A stretch of 64,000 nucleotides of DNA. Origin: Schmidtea polychroa (taxonomy: Eukaryota). The notes under the pieces were generated by a model. That model was not told the DNA's origin. It saw only the letters and a program-made list of their open reading frames with translations, and made no database searches. Shown piece by piece: positions 1 to 9,789 of the stretch. Numbering within the stretch: the stretch's first letter is position 1; every line of letters starts with the position of its first letter. Where the stretch lies: contig CM097885.1 of NCBI GenBank assembly GCA_044892525.1, positions 20,214,001 through 20,278,000 of the forward strand, in the 5' to 3' direction. Position numbers and translations under genes: made by a program.

Positions 1-752
1 ACCTCATCCCTTAATTTTACGGGAGGTTCGGGTGCTCGTCTTTTGCTCAACTCGTTCATTCTTATTATTTCGAGTTGCGTTGCTATCAACTGTCTCTTTA
101 ATTCTGGTATTTCTTGTAATTGCTTCTCTTTACTTTTCCATTTTCTCTGCTTGATGGTTATTGCCGTCTGCAATGCTTGCATGCTTCGTCGTTTTTGATT
201 TAAGATTCTCCGGTAATTTTCTTTCAACTTCCATTGTTTTTCTGTTTCCTCTCTTTGTTCCTTGATCTCTTCCTTGAGTTTTACATTTCTCTTCTCGACT
301 TTTTTACTTTCTCGCACTCTTGTTTTTGCATAAGCATATTGTGCTTCTAACTGCTCGATATAGACTTGGTCGATATTCACAATCTTTTTCAACTTCCTTG
401 TTTCTGATTTCCAATAATCTTCGATTACTGCCTGAGCTCTCAACTCTACTATCTCTTGTCTCAGGTTTTTATTTTCTGTCTCTTTTCGTTTCGATTCCTT
501 TATTTCCCTCAAAATTTCTTGCTTGACAGTGTTTATTAATCGTCTTGATTGAACAATATGCTGCCTCAATCTCGTAATCTCTACATTTTGATTTGCAATC
601 TTTAATTTGAACAACTTCTTGCTGACTCTCCATTTATTGCTATAATATTTCATCGGTTCTTGTTTGATTGGTATCATATCCTGGTTTTGTTCAGGTTGGT
701 CGTTTGACTTTCCTTCGTTACTCGTTGATTCTCTTTCTTTTAAATAATTCAT
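1..752 (-). CDS. Partial coiled-coil protein (>=250 aa, open to window edge; absent from the ORF track)
   Basis: Manual translation from ATG 752 (MNYLKERESTSNEGKSNDQPEQ...KRRAPEPPVKLRDE) has no stop to position 1. E/K/R/Q-rich with scattered W like the neighbouring 532-aa ORF; TTTTGTAG just upstream. Confidence 0.8.
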   Translation of the reverse strand, partial: MNYLKERESTSNEGKSNDQPEQNQDMIPIKQEPMKYYSNKWRVSKKLFKLKIANQNVEITRLRQHIVQSRRLINTVKQEILREIKESKRKETENKNLRQEIVELRAQAVIEDYWKSETRKLKKIVNIDQVYIEQLEAQYAYAKTRVRESKKVEKRNVKLKEEIKEQREETEKQWKLKENYRRILNQKRRSMQALQTAITIKQRKWKSKEKQLQEIPELKRQLIATQLEIIRMNELSKRRAPEPPVKLRDE

Positions 753-835
753 ATCTACAAAAATATACATATCATATTTCCTTTTGTCTTCTTTTTATTC
801 TGAATTTTTTGGTTTTGTAATTTTTATTTGGTTTT

Positions 836-837
<2 letters not shown>

Positions 838-901
<64 letters not shown>
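838..901 (-). repeat. 64-nt poly(A) tract on the coding strand
   Basis: Uninterrupted T-run on +, about 33 nt downstream of the 532-aa ORF stop and just after AAATAAG on minus. Confidence 0.9.
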
Positions 902-933
902 CATTCTTATTTACAGGCAACATCTCCCTTCGA

Positions 934-2532
934 CTAAATCCATGTTGCGTTATTTTGTTCGTTATTTTCATCGAAGCCTTCATCTGTGGTGACTTCGGCA
1001 GGCTGTGGCACTTGCAACGGGAACGGGTAGAGTGGCATTAATAATATTGGTGGTTGTCTCCTTAACCGATCTATTTCCTCTCGTAGTTCCGTTGAGATGT
1101 TTATTTCCTCATCCAATAAAAACGTTAATCTACCTTCGTTTTCTATCCTTTCGTTTAATTCCTCTTCCAATCGTTGGGTTCTTTCGAGCGTTTTTAGTTT
1201 TTCAATTTCCGCTCTCAAATTTGCTTCATTTTCTTCGAAGCATCGTTTTATTATCTCGGTTTCCTGTTTGGTTTGTTGAATTGTCTTGTCGCACTCCTCT
1301 CTATATTTCGCATTAAGCTCAATCTGGTGCTTCCAATTCACATCCCTTTGGGTGTACATACCTTTATATCCGTTCATCTCTTGATTGGCTTCTTCCACTT
1401 CGGTTTGTAATTGTCGGATCTGTCGATCTTGGTCTGTCAATTGTTGTTCCCATCTCTTTTCCTGGAATTCATACCTTCTTATTTCTCGAGTCTGTTTCTT
1501 TATGATTCTCTGTCTACCGTCGCTGATCCGCGTCTTGATTCTATGTTCTCTACTCAATCGGCTGATCTCATCTTTTTGGTTTTCTATCGTTTCCCATATT
1601 TTAAATTCGTCTCTTTCCATCAGTTTTATTGGTAACTGTCTTAACTCCTCTTTGGTCTCTTTCCAATTCTTTTTCCATTTTCGGGCTTGATGCTTGAGAC
1701 ACTTTTCGGTTTCCTCAGTTTTTTGCTGTCGTTTTCTCCACTCTACTTCCTCTTCTTCTCGCTGTGCAGCTCTTGTTTCGTAAAATTCTTGGTCTGCTTT
1801 TCGTAATCGCAGTTGTTCCTTGCTACTGATTTTCCAATAGAGTACTTGAGTTTGACTTCCTAGGTATTTATACTTCCATTTCTGGGCTTGTATCTTTATT
1901 TGTGTGTTAATTCGCTCTAATACGTTATCTCTAACAATTGGTTCTCTATGCGGTGTTCTCCTCCCTTGCCCTCTGACTTCGTTTAGGGTCTTTTTGCATC
2001 TTTCCCATTTTTCTTTCATCATTGCGCATTTGCCCTTTACTTCTTCTAGTTCGGCCTTGTAATTCCGTATTTGATGTTCGTGACTATCATTCTGCCTTGT
2101 CTGGAGGGTTTCGTACTTTAGTTTCCATTGTTGCGCTTGTAGTTTTATTCGTTCCGTTTTACGCTGTTCTTCCTCGTATTGCTCCTTTGCTTCCCTAATT
2201 TGTGCCTTCTGCATTATTATTTCTCCGCATAACCCAACTATCTCCATAATCCGCTGAGTTCGTAAATTCGAGAGCTCCTCCTCCAATTCTTGGTATGTTG
2301 AGGTATTTCTCACATCCTCGGTTAATTCCTCTACCTGTTTCATCCACTCCTCCTTTGTTGCTAGTGCTTCCGCCTTCTCCGCTTCTAATTCTTGTTGCTT
2401 TTTCTCATACATGGTTTTGTACATTTCTATTTCTCTCTTTACTCTTTCTGCTTCGTATGTTTGTATGATGGATTTGTACTGTTCGAGTTGTTGCATCTCG
2501 GTTTCCACATAGGTTTGTGATTCTTTATTCAT
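934..2532 (-). CDS. 532-aa coiled-coil accessory protein of the element, function unknown
   Basis: Long intact ORF with E/Q/K/R-rich heptad pattern, recurring 'QAxxWK' motif (QAQQWKLKY, QAQKWKYKY, QARKWKKNW) and a Pro-rich tail. Confidence 0.85.
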   Translation of the reverse strand: MNKESQTYVETEMQQLEQYKSIIQTYEAERVKREIEMYKTMYEKKQQELEAEKAEALATKEEWMKQVEELTEDVRNTSTYQELEEELSNLRTQRIMEIVGLCGEIIMQKAQIREAKEQYEEEQRKTERIKLQAQQWKLKYETLQTRQNDSHEHQIRNYKAELEEVKGKCAMMKEKWERCKKTLNEVRGQGRRTPHREPIVRDNVLERINTQIKIQAQKWKYKYLGSQTQVLYWKISSKEQLRLRKADQEFYETRAAQREEEEVEWRKRQQKTEETEKCLKHQARKWKKNWKETKEELRQLPIKLMERDEFKIWETIENQKDEISRLSREHRIKTRISDGRQRIIKKQTREIRRYEFQEKRWEQQLTDQDRQIRQLQTEVEEANQEMNGYKGMYTQRDVNWKHQIELNAKYREECDKTIQQTKQETEIIKRCFEENEANLRAEIEKLKTLERTQRLEEELNERIENEGRLTFLLDEEINISTELREEIDRLRRQPPILLMPLYPFPLQVPQPAEVTTDEGFDENNEQNNATWI

Positions 2533-2614
2533 TGTCTAAATAATTACACTATTACTACCACTATTATTTCATACATTTATTATCTACACTTTATACACGG
2601 AATTTTAATTTTTT

Positions 2615-2986
2615 TTATTGATCGGCGTAGCGGAATCCTTTGATTCGCTGCGCAATCCTCTGTCTGCACATCGGACATTCCTTTACTTTTCTACTACATG
2701 TGGCACATGCGATCAAATGTCCGCATGGCATATGAATAACTTCTACACTCCTCTCCCAACACATAGTACATTTGATATCTCGTAAGATAGCTGTTTTGAC
2801 CATTGATTCTTCTTTTATTTTTGTTTCAGGTTTTTCTCTATACTGGGTTATCGCTCTGATCATATCGTACGTTGTTGTTGGTATATGTACATTTTTCTGT
2901 AGTTTCTCTCTAATCATGTTCTTTGCCCTTGTCGTGCCTATTCCGGCTGCTTTCAACGCTCTGCACATGTTGGGTTTGTCTACCAC
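2615..2986 (-). CDS. C3HC4 RING protein of IAP/MUL1/MDM type; frame stays open upstream to about 3082, overlapping the polyprotein end
   Basis: CTMCWERSVEVIHMPCGHLIACATCSRKVKECPMCRQRI matches the C-terminal RING pattern of IAP-like E3s. The track start is GTG. Confidence 0.85.
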   Translation of the reverse strand: MVDKPNMCRALKAAGIGTTRAKNMIREKLQKNVHIPTTTYDMIRAITQYREKPETKIKEESMVKTAILRDIKCTMCWERSVEVIHMPCGHLIACATCSRKVKECPMCRQRIAQRIKGFRYADQ

Positions 2987-2990
2987 TTCG

Positions 2991-5900
2991 TCAACCTCTT
3001 GTTCGTCGATCCATAGCTGTTCCGGTATCTTTCCGTTTTGGCGGATTGTAAGTTGTATCTTTTGACGTGGTCGCTCCTGGATCTACTCTCCAGTTGCTCC
3101 ATTCATCGGTTGTGGTTACATCTTTATTGGCACCTCTTTCCACGTTATCTAAATCCGTCTCGGCTTCCGTCGTTTCCACTGGTTGTCTCTGCGCGCATAC
3201 AAATCCATCTAAATCATCAGTTGTCGGTTCACCTTCGTCGATAAATAGATCTCCTGATTGCGATGCTCTCATAATCTCGCCTGCTTCTACTATCTCTTGT
3301 AATTCATCCAGTATTTCGTCTTCTCCCGTTGTTTCGATCGTCACTTCACTAACCGCATTTGGAACTTCTGGTGTGTCCAAACTTCCTGGTTGTTGGGTGG
3401 ATGATTTTTGCTTTATCTCTCTTCTCCTTAGCTCTCTACCTGCAATTTTACTCACCGTTAATCTGTTCACAATTTCTCCTTGGAGTGGTGTCACACCGAT
3501 CTCAATATCGTCGTCTAATGATCGTCCCTCGTGTTGTAAGTGGAATGGGAGTTCATAAGGTATTCTCTTTTTAACTTCTCTGACTTTAGCTGTCGTATAG
3601 AATTCCTTTTCCATTGGTTCAAAATCTGGCATGAATATTTTTAATTGATATTTCTCAGGTGAGTTTTCGGCCCACTCTTGTTGTTTCCATTTCCGGATAA
3701 TTTCACCAAATTGTTCAGGGTACCATACGTACACCCGTCGATATTCTTCAATCGCTTTAACGATTTTTCGTAGGTTTTGAATCCTTTTGCATGATTCGGC
3801 TATCCATTTTGCTAGTTCTACCACCGCTCGTCGACGATTTTTCGCCCCGTTTTGTAATATCTCCATCAACTCCTTACATTTTTGTGCTTCCAACAATGTT
3901 GCTGCTTCTTCCTCATCTGCGTCGGCGTCTATTGGTAGATGTCCTGAATCAGACACTCTTCTCCTCATCATACAGATTCTCGGTTGATTTTCTGGTATGT
4001 TCAGTCGTTGGTTCATTTCTTGTTCTGTTTCAACTTCTACTCTGATCTGGATAGCATTGTTTTTCACAAATTTTGACTGCTCATTCTCAATGTAACTTAG
4101 ACGTATTAATTTAGGTGTCCCAGAAGCGATATTTTCTGATGTTGTTGGTCGTTGATAGCAGGCGCTCCTTGGATCTGGTTTCAATGTTTCTTTATGCCTG
4201 TTAAGGCTATCTTTCAATGGTTCGATTGCTATCGTCACTTTTCTGCTAAACGGCCATGGTACCTTGTCGTCATAATTTCCTTTGCAGATGACGAAGAATG
4301 CCGACACATAACTTCCTTTACCTATCCCGTCTCCGTTCGGGTATATTCGCAATTTCATCTTGTACTCACCTAATCCTGAGTAGAACGGTGGACTTACTAA
4401 TCGTGTGATTTTCTCTTCCTTTGCTGATTTTATCTTTTCCATCCAATTCTCAATTTTCCACGTGAATGGTGCTAACCTTACTGGTTCTCGTATCTCCTCA
4501 TCTTCTCCTGATGGTAATTCATTTTGGAATTCTTGTGGTAATATATCCTGGTAAGTATCGATCGGTTTCTCTCTTACCCATACTGCTGCGATCTCTTCGG
4601 GTATATTATCTATCCAATTTGGTTCCAACTTTTGCTGCTCCCAATCCCATCGAGCTTCACTTTCGATCCACACTTTTTTCCATGGTATCAGTTTGCAATC
4701 TTCGTCATTGAAGGCTGCTAGTTTTAGTTTATCATCCTTTAGCCAATGGTTATAAATATCTATTATTCGATCCATCTTTGCTCTCATTCCCCATTGGAAT
4801 CTTTTAACTTGTTGCTCGGTTTTCGTGGCGTTTTTGTGCCCACCAGATGGTTCATCCATCGCGATTATATTGATGACGGCTCCATCTTCCCAGATTCCTA
4901 GTTCGTAAATTACAGTTCGGTCTCCTCTTTCTAGCATGTGCCGGTTGTACATTATTATCACATCTTCGATCATTCCATCCTCACTATTTTCTCGAGCTTT
5001 TTGGATGATCTCTTGATCTATGATTTGCACTAACTCGTCAACTTGGCAATCGGGATTAACTTCTATTATTTGTTTCTCTTCATTTGGCAACTTCACCTTT
5101 ATTTTTATCGTTTCATGCTCGCATTTGGTTCTCTCGTATTCTCCGTATTTAGATATCAATTCTGTCGCTCGTTTGTCTTCGAATCTCATAATTTCCGTGT
5201 CTCGTACGTCTTTAACAAATTGTTTCATTAGTTGTGGCCATCTTTCTCTCAATCTATTAATGTATTTCCTTGTCTGATCGATAGCTTGTTTGACTAAGAT
5301 TATTTGGTTTTCTTTCATTATTTTTCGTTCGATCTTTTCCAATTCTGGTTCCACTTCATTGTTAAACACTTGTTGGATTTTCTTGAACATTTCTGCTACC
5401 GAGTCGTCATCTCTGGTTTTCTCTAAGGTTAAGATGTTAGTTTCGTTTGGCCATATCATCGCATCTACCAAATGTATGCCCATTTTAACTTTGTAACCAT
5501 CGACATATAATTGTTTATTTTTATGGCTCGTTCCCATTTTTTCCTGTACCCAGTTGTACAGTTCATCGGTATTTGTTCCTTTTAATTCAATAGTCTGTAT
5601 CTGAATCTCGGGGTGTTGAATACTTACTTGATATTGATCTGGGCCTGCTTCCTTTAGTTTCTCTTTATATTTTGTTGCTAAATCTTTCCATGCTGCCGTT
5701 ATTATACCTCCTTCGCACTGGTATACTTGAGTTATAAGTTTTAAGCATTTTCTGTATGTTAACTCGTTGATGTAGCTCTCATTTCGCTCTATTTCTGTTA
5801 CTGTGTCGAGAATTTCCTCGAATATCTCTTCTTCATCTTTTTCTATCATTGATTTCATGTCATCATTTTCACTCTCCTCACTACTTTGAGGTGTTTCACT

Positions 5901-7925
5901 GTTTGGAGGTGTTTTCGGTTCGTTATTTTCCTCACTTGACTGAAATAATTCGCCTCCCAGGCTACTCACCTCACTTTTCTCATCTTCCTGATCCGTCTGA
6001 TCGCTCCGCATTTGTCTCAGCATGTTTATTTTAGCTTTAGTATGTGGTTCCTTCTTTTCAAACCACTCATTTTTCCTGAACCAATGCTCTTTCACTTTTT
6101 CTTTTATTTGTTCCTCAGTTAATGTAGGATTTTCGTTTTTGATTCTGTCTTCGATTTTTTGTAGTAGTACCCTCTGAATTCGATTTTTTGTAATTATCTC
6201 ATTGCTTTTTGGTTCGTCTTTACTCTCATCTCTCTTTTGTCTCCTTTCTTTCTCCTCTTTGGTAAATTCTTTAATCAATTGTATTTTCTCTTCACTGCTC
6301 AATTCTGTTCGTGGATCAATCTCATCTTCTTTTGTCGTTTTTATCTCCTTGTTTATTATCGGTTCACTCCCGTCGTTGTTAACACACTGCTCCGCAGTGT
6401 GCGATTCCTCTTTATTTGTTAATCTCATCATATTTATTCTTCCGGGATTCGCTTCCCGTTGTTTCCATCTTTCTTGAATTTCTCTGGCTTCCTCGTTTTG
6501 TAATCTTTGCCATTCGACTCGTTGCTGATCTTGTTGTTGCTTACTTGGTTGGTTCCGGATTTCCTCGGTGCTCTGCATCATGTTGATTCGTTGTTGTTGG
6601 TTATTAGTCGGTATTCGCAGGATCATATCTCTTAATTGTTCGATTTCCTGCATGAGGTTGATTTGTGTGTTCTGAACTGGATTGTTTGATCCTGGTTGAT
6701 TTGGTTTGGTTCTCATCGTGCATTCTCTTGCCATGTGTCCAGGCTGATTACAATTGTAGCAGGTTCTGGTTCCTCCTCTGCTCATAGACATCATGGGTCC
6801 TCTGCAGACATTTTCCGTGTGGCCTCTTCTCCCACACTTTTGACACATCCTTGCTTTATAACATTCATTGCTCCAATGCCCTGGTCGTTGGCATATGTTG
6901 CACGTTCGATTGTTGATGTCGTTGTTCCTGAAATTATTAGTAAAATTTTGAATATTACCTCCATTGTTTTGGTTTCTTGTTTGTGGAGTTTTGAACAACT
7001 GTTGCGATCCTGGGATGAATTGATTCATTACTGGATTTGCATTATTGACTTGGTTGTTTGTGGTTGTTGCTGTTGTTGCTGGAGCTGCTGGGGCTGCTGT
7101 CATTGCTGCTACTTGTATTGGTGTTAGGTAAGTTTCACATTTGTTAGCTATTTTTAGTGCTTCTTCCAGCGTCTCTGGTGCTCGGCATCCCAAAGTTGCT
7201 CGTATATCCTCCCGTTTCATGCCATCTACGAATACGGCTATTATTTTGTCTTCCGGAACTGGTTGATTTGAATCGAAGGCTTCTCGTGCTAGTCGTCTCA
7301 ATTCGCATGCGTACAGTGCGTTGGATTCGTTATATTTCTGCTTTCGATGCAGAAAGTCTAACATTTTTCGATTTCCCTCTTTTTCGGTACCGAATGTTTT
7401 TATTAAAAACTCCTTGATCTCTTTCCACGTTCTCAACTTAGTTGCATCACATTTCGCCTCCAAGTATACATCTTGGGCGCTTCCCTTTAGATATAGGGGT
7501 ATTCGTTCTCGTACGACTATGTCTGGCCAGTGACATATCGTAATGTATACTTCGAATTCCTTTATAAACGTTTCCAGCTGGTTTATATTTCCATCGAATG
7601 GCTCTCCTCGAAATTTCTCTCTGAATTCTCCAATGTTGACGTGCACATTACTTGTTTCCGGTGGGTCCGTTAGCCCTGTTACATTTGGAATTCCGTCTGT
7701 CATTATTTCTTGACACAAAATTGTTATATTGGTTGACTCTGAACTATTTCCTTCCTCGTCTGATGATTCAATGTCACTTATCGGATCTAGTTCGGTTCGT
7801 TTAAGATCGTCGCTGTTCTCAAATTCGTTTGTTAAACTATCTGATTCAAATACTGTTTCTACTGATGCTGGCTTCCTGTGTAGTTTTCTGTTGGTCTTGG
7901 CCTTTTGTATCTCTTCCTTTTCCAA
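2991..7925 (-). CDS. gag: Gag polyprotein fused to host-like domains: capsid - 3x CCHC - Ubl - Ubl - TRAF MATH - Ubl
   Basis: Capsid ~7125-7620 (PFDG...LYLKGSAQ...RKQKYNES...PETLEEA). Three CX2CX4HX4C knuckles 6720-6902. Ubl-like segments ~5418-5636, ~4839-5111 (ends SGG) and ~3446-3653. MATH ~4029-4469 (FTWKI..SPPFYS..YPNGDG.GKGSYVS..WPF). Track start is TTG; first ATG is 7703. Confidence 0.9.
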   Translation of the reverse strand: MEKEEIQKAKTNRKLHRKPASVETVFESDSLTNEFENSDDLKRTELDPISDIESSDEEGNSSESTNITILCQEIMTDGIPNVTGLTDPPETSNVHVNIGEFREKFRGEPFDGNINQLETFIKEFEVYITICHWPDIVVRERIPLYLKGSAQDVYLEAKCDATKLRTWKEIKEFLIKTFGTEKEGNRKMLDFLHRKQKYNESNALYACELRRLAREAFDSNQPVPEDKIIAVFVDGMKREDIRATLGCRAPETLEEALKIANKCETYLTPIQVAAMTAAPAAPATTATTTNNQVNNANPVMNQFIPGSQQLFKTPQTRNQNNGGNIQNFTNNFRNNDINNRTCNICQRPGHWSNECYKARMCQKCGRRGHTENVCRGPMMSMSRGGTRTCYNCNQPGHMARECTMRTKPNQPGSNNPVQNTQINLMQEIEQLRDMILRIPTNNQQQRINMMQSTEEIRNQPSKQQQDQQRVEWQRLQNEEAREIQERWKQREANPGRINMMRLTNKEESHTAEQCVNNDGSEPIINKEIKTTKEDEIDPRTELSSEEKIQLIKEFTKEEKERRQKRDESKDEPKSNEIITKNRIQRVLLQKIEDRIKNENPTLTEEQIKEKVKEHWFRKNEWFEKKEPHTKAKINMLRQMRSDQTDQEDEKSEVSSLGGELFQSSEENNEPKTPPNSETPQSSEESENDDMKSMIEKDEEEIFEEILDTVTEIERNESYINELTYRKCLKLITQVYQCEGGIITAAWKDLATKYKEKLKEAGPDQYQVSIQHPEIQIQTIELKGTNTDELYNWVQEKMGTSHKNKQLYVDGYKVKMGIHLVDAMIWPNETNILTLEKTRDDDSVAEMFKKIQQVFNNEVEPELEKIERKIMKENQIILVKQAIDQTRKYINRLRERWPQLMKQFVKDVRDTEIMRFEDKRATELISKYGEYERTKCEHETIKIKVKLPNEEKQIIEVNPDCQVDELVQIIDQEIIQKARENSEDGMIEDVIIMYNRHMLERGDRTVIYELGIWEDGAVINIIAMDEPSGGHKNATKTEQQVKRFQWGMRAKMDRIIDIYNHWLKDDKLKLAAFNDEDCKLIPWKKVWIESEARWDWEQQKLEPNWIDNIPEEIAAVWVREKPIDTYQDILPQEFQNELPSGEDEEIREPVRLAPFTWKIENWMEKIKSAKEEKITRLVSPPFYSGLGEYKMKLRIYPNGDGIGKGSYVSAFFVICKGNYDDKVPWPFSRKVTIAIEPLKDSLNRHKETLKPDPRSACYQRPTTSENIASGTPKLIRLSYIENEQSKFVKNNAIQIRVEVETEQEMNQRLNIPENQPRICMMRRRVSDSGHLPIDADADEEEAATLLEAQKCKELMEILQNGAKNRRRAVVELAKWIAESCKRIQNLRKIVKAIEEYRRVYVWYPEQFGEIIRKWKQQEWAENSPEKYQLKIFMPDFEPMEKEFYTTAKVREVKKRIPYELPFHLQHEGRSLDDDIEIGVTPLQGEIVNRLTVSKIAGRELRRREIKQKSSTQQPGSLDTPEVPNAVSEVTIETTGEDEILDELQEIVEAGEIMRASQSGDLFIDEGEPTTDDLDGFVCAQRQPVETTEAETDLDNVERGANKDVTTTDEWSNWRVDPGATTSKDTTYNPPKRKDTGTAMDRRTRG

Positions 7926-8793
7926 TAAACTGAGGTTTCCTTTACTTTTTCGCCTCGTTCGGTTAGCTATGCTATCAATTTTTCCTCTTTTTAATATCCT
8001 TTGATAAATTTTCTACTTTGTCAATCGAGCTCGATGTTTTCTAAGTATTTTTCTCGCTTTAATCTTTACGATTCTCTAACTCTTCTTGGATTTGGTTTTA
8101 TTAATTTCCTTGATTCTTCGCTTCTAATTGATTTCTCTATATCTCTTGATTTCTATTGCTTTCTTGATTTCTTTGATTTCTTTCTGAATTGTTTGCTTTA
8201 TTCTAAAATAATTAACACCTCTAGTACATATCATAAATTCTCTTTATTAAACCCTTCATTTACTTTCCTTTTCCCTTTATTTTACTGTCCCTTCGCTTCA
8301 AATTTTCTAGCTTTCTACACTTCTCGCTATTCGCCCCATTTTGATTTTAAGTTGATTTTAAATTATCTATAACTCGTATCAATTATCTATATAGTCGTAT
8401 CAATTATCTATCCCTTTTATTATTATCATAGAAATATAATATTAATCACATAAATATCAAAATAAACATATCATTAATAAATAAAATTCAATAATTCAAC
8501 TACTATCTATTCGTTCGCTTTTCCCCATCCAAAAACTGGTTTAATTTTCGCTTGCGCCGGCGCTTTATCATAATTCTCCTCTACTCATTACATATTTATC
8601 GCACTTAATCTATTTCAGTTTAATCAATTTCATAGTTAATCATTGATGCTTTGGTTCGCGCGACCTCTACATCCACCTTTATTTACCATCGGCTCTCTGG
8701 CCGGTTTGTTCAACTCCTTTATTTTCATTTAAATCATTTCACTCAATTACCATCGGCTCCTTGGCCGGTTTAATCAACTCATTTTAATCTCAT

Positions 8794-9103
8794 GAAGTCT
8801 TTTACGACTCCTAGACGCCTGGGCTTTTACACCATTACGCCATATAATCTACTATTACCCATCAACGCTTTGGTTTGTTAGACCTCCGCGTCGGCATCGG
8901 CTTCCGGCCGGTTTAATCAAAATTGAAGTCTTTTACGACTCCTAGACGCCTGGGCTTTTACACCATTACGCCATATACTCTACTATTACCCATCAACGCT
9001 TTGGTTTGTTAGACCTCCGCGTCGGCATCGGCTTCCGGCCGGTTTAATCAAAATTGAAGTCTTTTACGACTCCTAGACGCCTGGGCTTTTACACCATTAC
9101 GCC
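8794..9103. repeat. 131-bp tandem repeat (~2.4 copies) upstream of gag, with degenerate pieces at 8645-8790
   Basis: GAAGTCTTTTACGACTCCTAGACGCCTGGG... starts at 8794, 8925 and 9056. Confidence 0.9.
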
Positions 9104-9222
9104 GTATTCGCGGTCTTCGGTCCCTGACCGGTTTCAAATGCCCTAAATGAGGTTTCTTCAACCCCCAGACGCCTTCGGTTTTAACACCTACTATCGTCCC
9201 TACCGCGATTAAATTGAGTTGA

Positions 9223-9789
9223 CAGTTGACTTTCGGGCTAATCAAAAATTCGAGGCTCCTCCTACTCCAACTCTTAATCTGCTGAGGCCTCACAACTGGC
9301 TCAATTCTTGGCCGCTTATTGAAAAGAGTCTAATACCGGTAACTCTAATCTCATCGCCGTTTCACTGGGCCTATCGGTACTCGGTGTGGGCATCCGGGTT
9401 TTGTACCGACCCCTGCTAGCAATAATCACGAAGAAAAACATCCTATCTATCAGGATTTAAAAAACACGGAAATGCCTAATCGCCTTGATCGTGATTCTCA
9501 AAAGTGATGAACCAGATCTCCCGACTAGTGAAGATAAAAGGAAATTGGATATGCAGTTGACTTTCGGTCTTCCGCCTCACAACTGGTCCAATCTTGGTTG
9601 CCTATTGAGTACGAGTCCTTTACCGGTTGACTCGCATCTCACAACCGTTTCACTGGGCTCCTTGATACTCGGTGTAGGTAACTGGGTCTCTCTCGCTCGC
9701 TACCCTTCCGGGTTTTTGTATCAAGTCCCGCTAGCAACTCAAAAAAGTGCGCCCAATACTCGGTGTGGCATCCGGGTTTTTGTATTGGG
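9223..9789. promoter_or_regulatory. Duplicated GC-rich hairpin modules upstream of gag (candidate packaging or translation signal)
   Basis: 9223-9420 and 9553-9738 are diverged duplicates. Hairpins at 9374-9409, 9661-9725 and 9752-9789 share a core and have compensated outer stems. Confidence 0.55.

Noticed and set aside
1..7925. pol or env in the gag element
   Set aside because: No protease, RT, RNase H, integrase or signal-peptide/TM pattern in any minus-strand ORF; they may lie left of the window.
320..8372. Many + strand ORFs over the element
   Set aside because: Antisense shadows of the A-rich minus-strand ORFs; no motifs.
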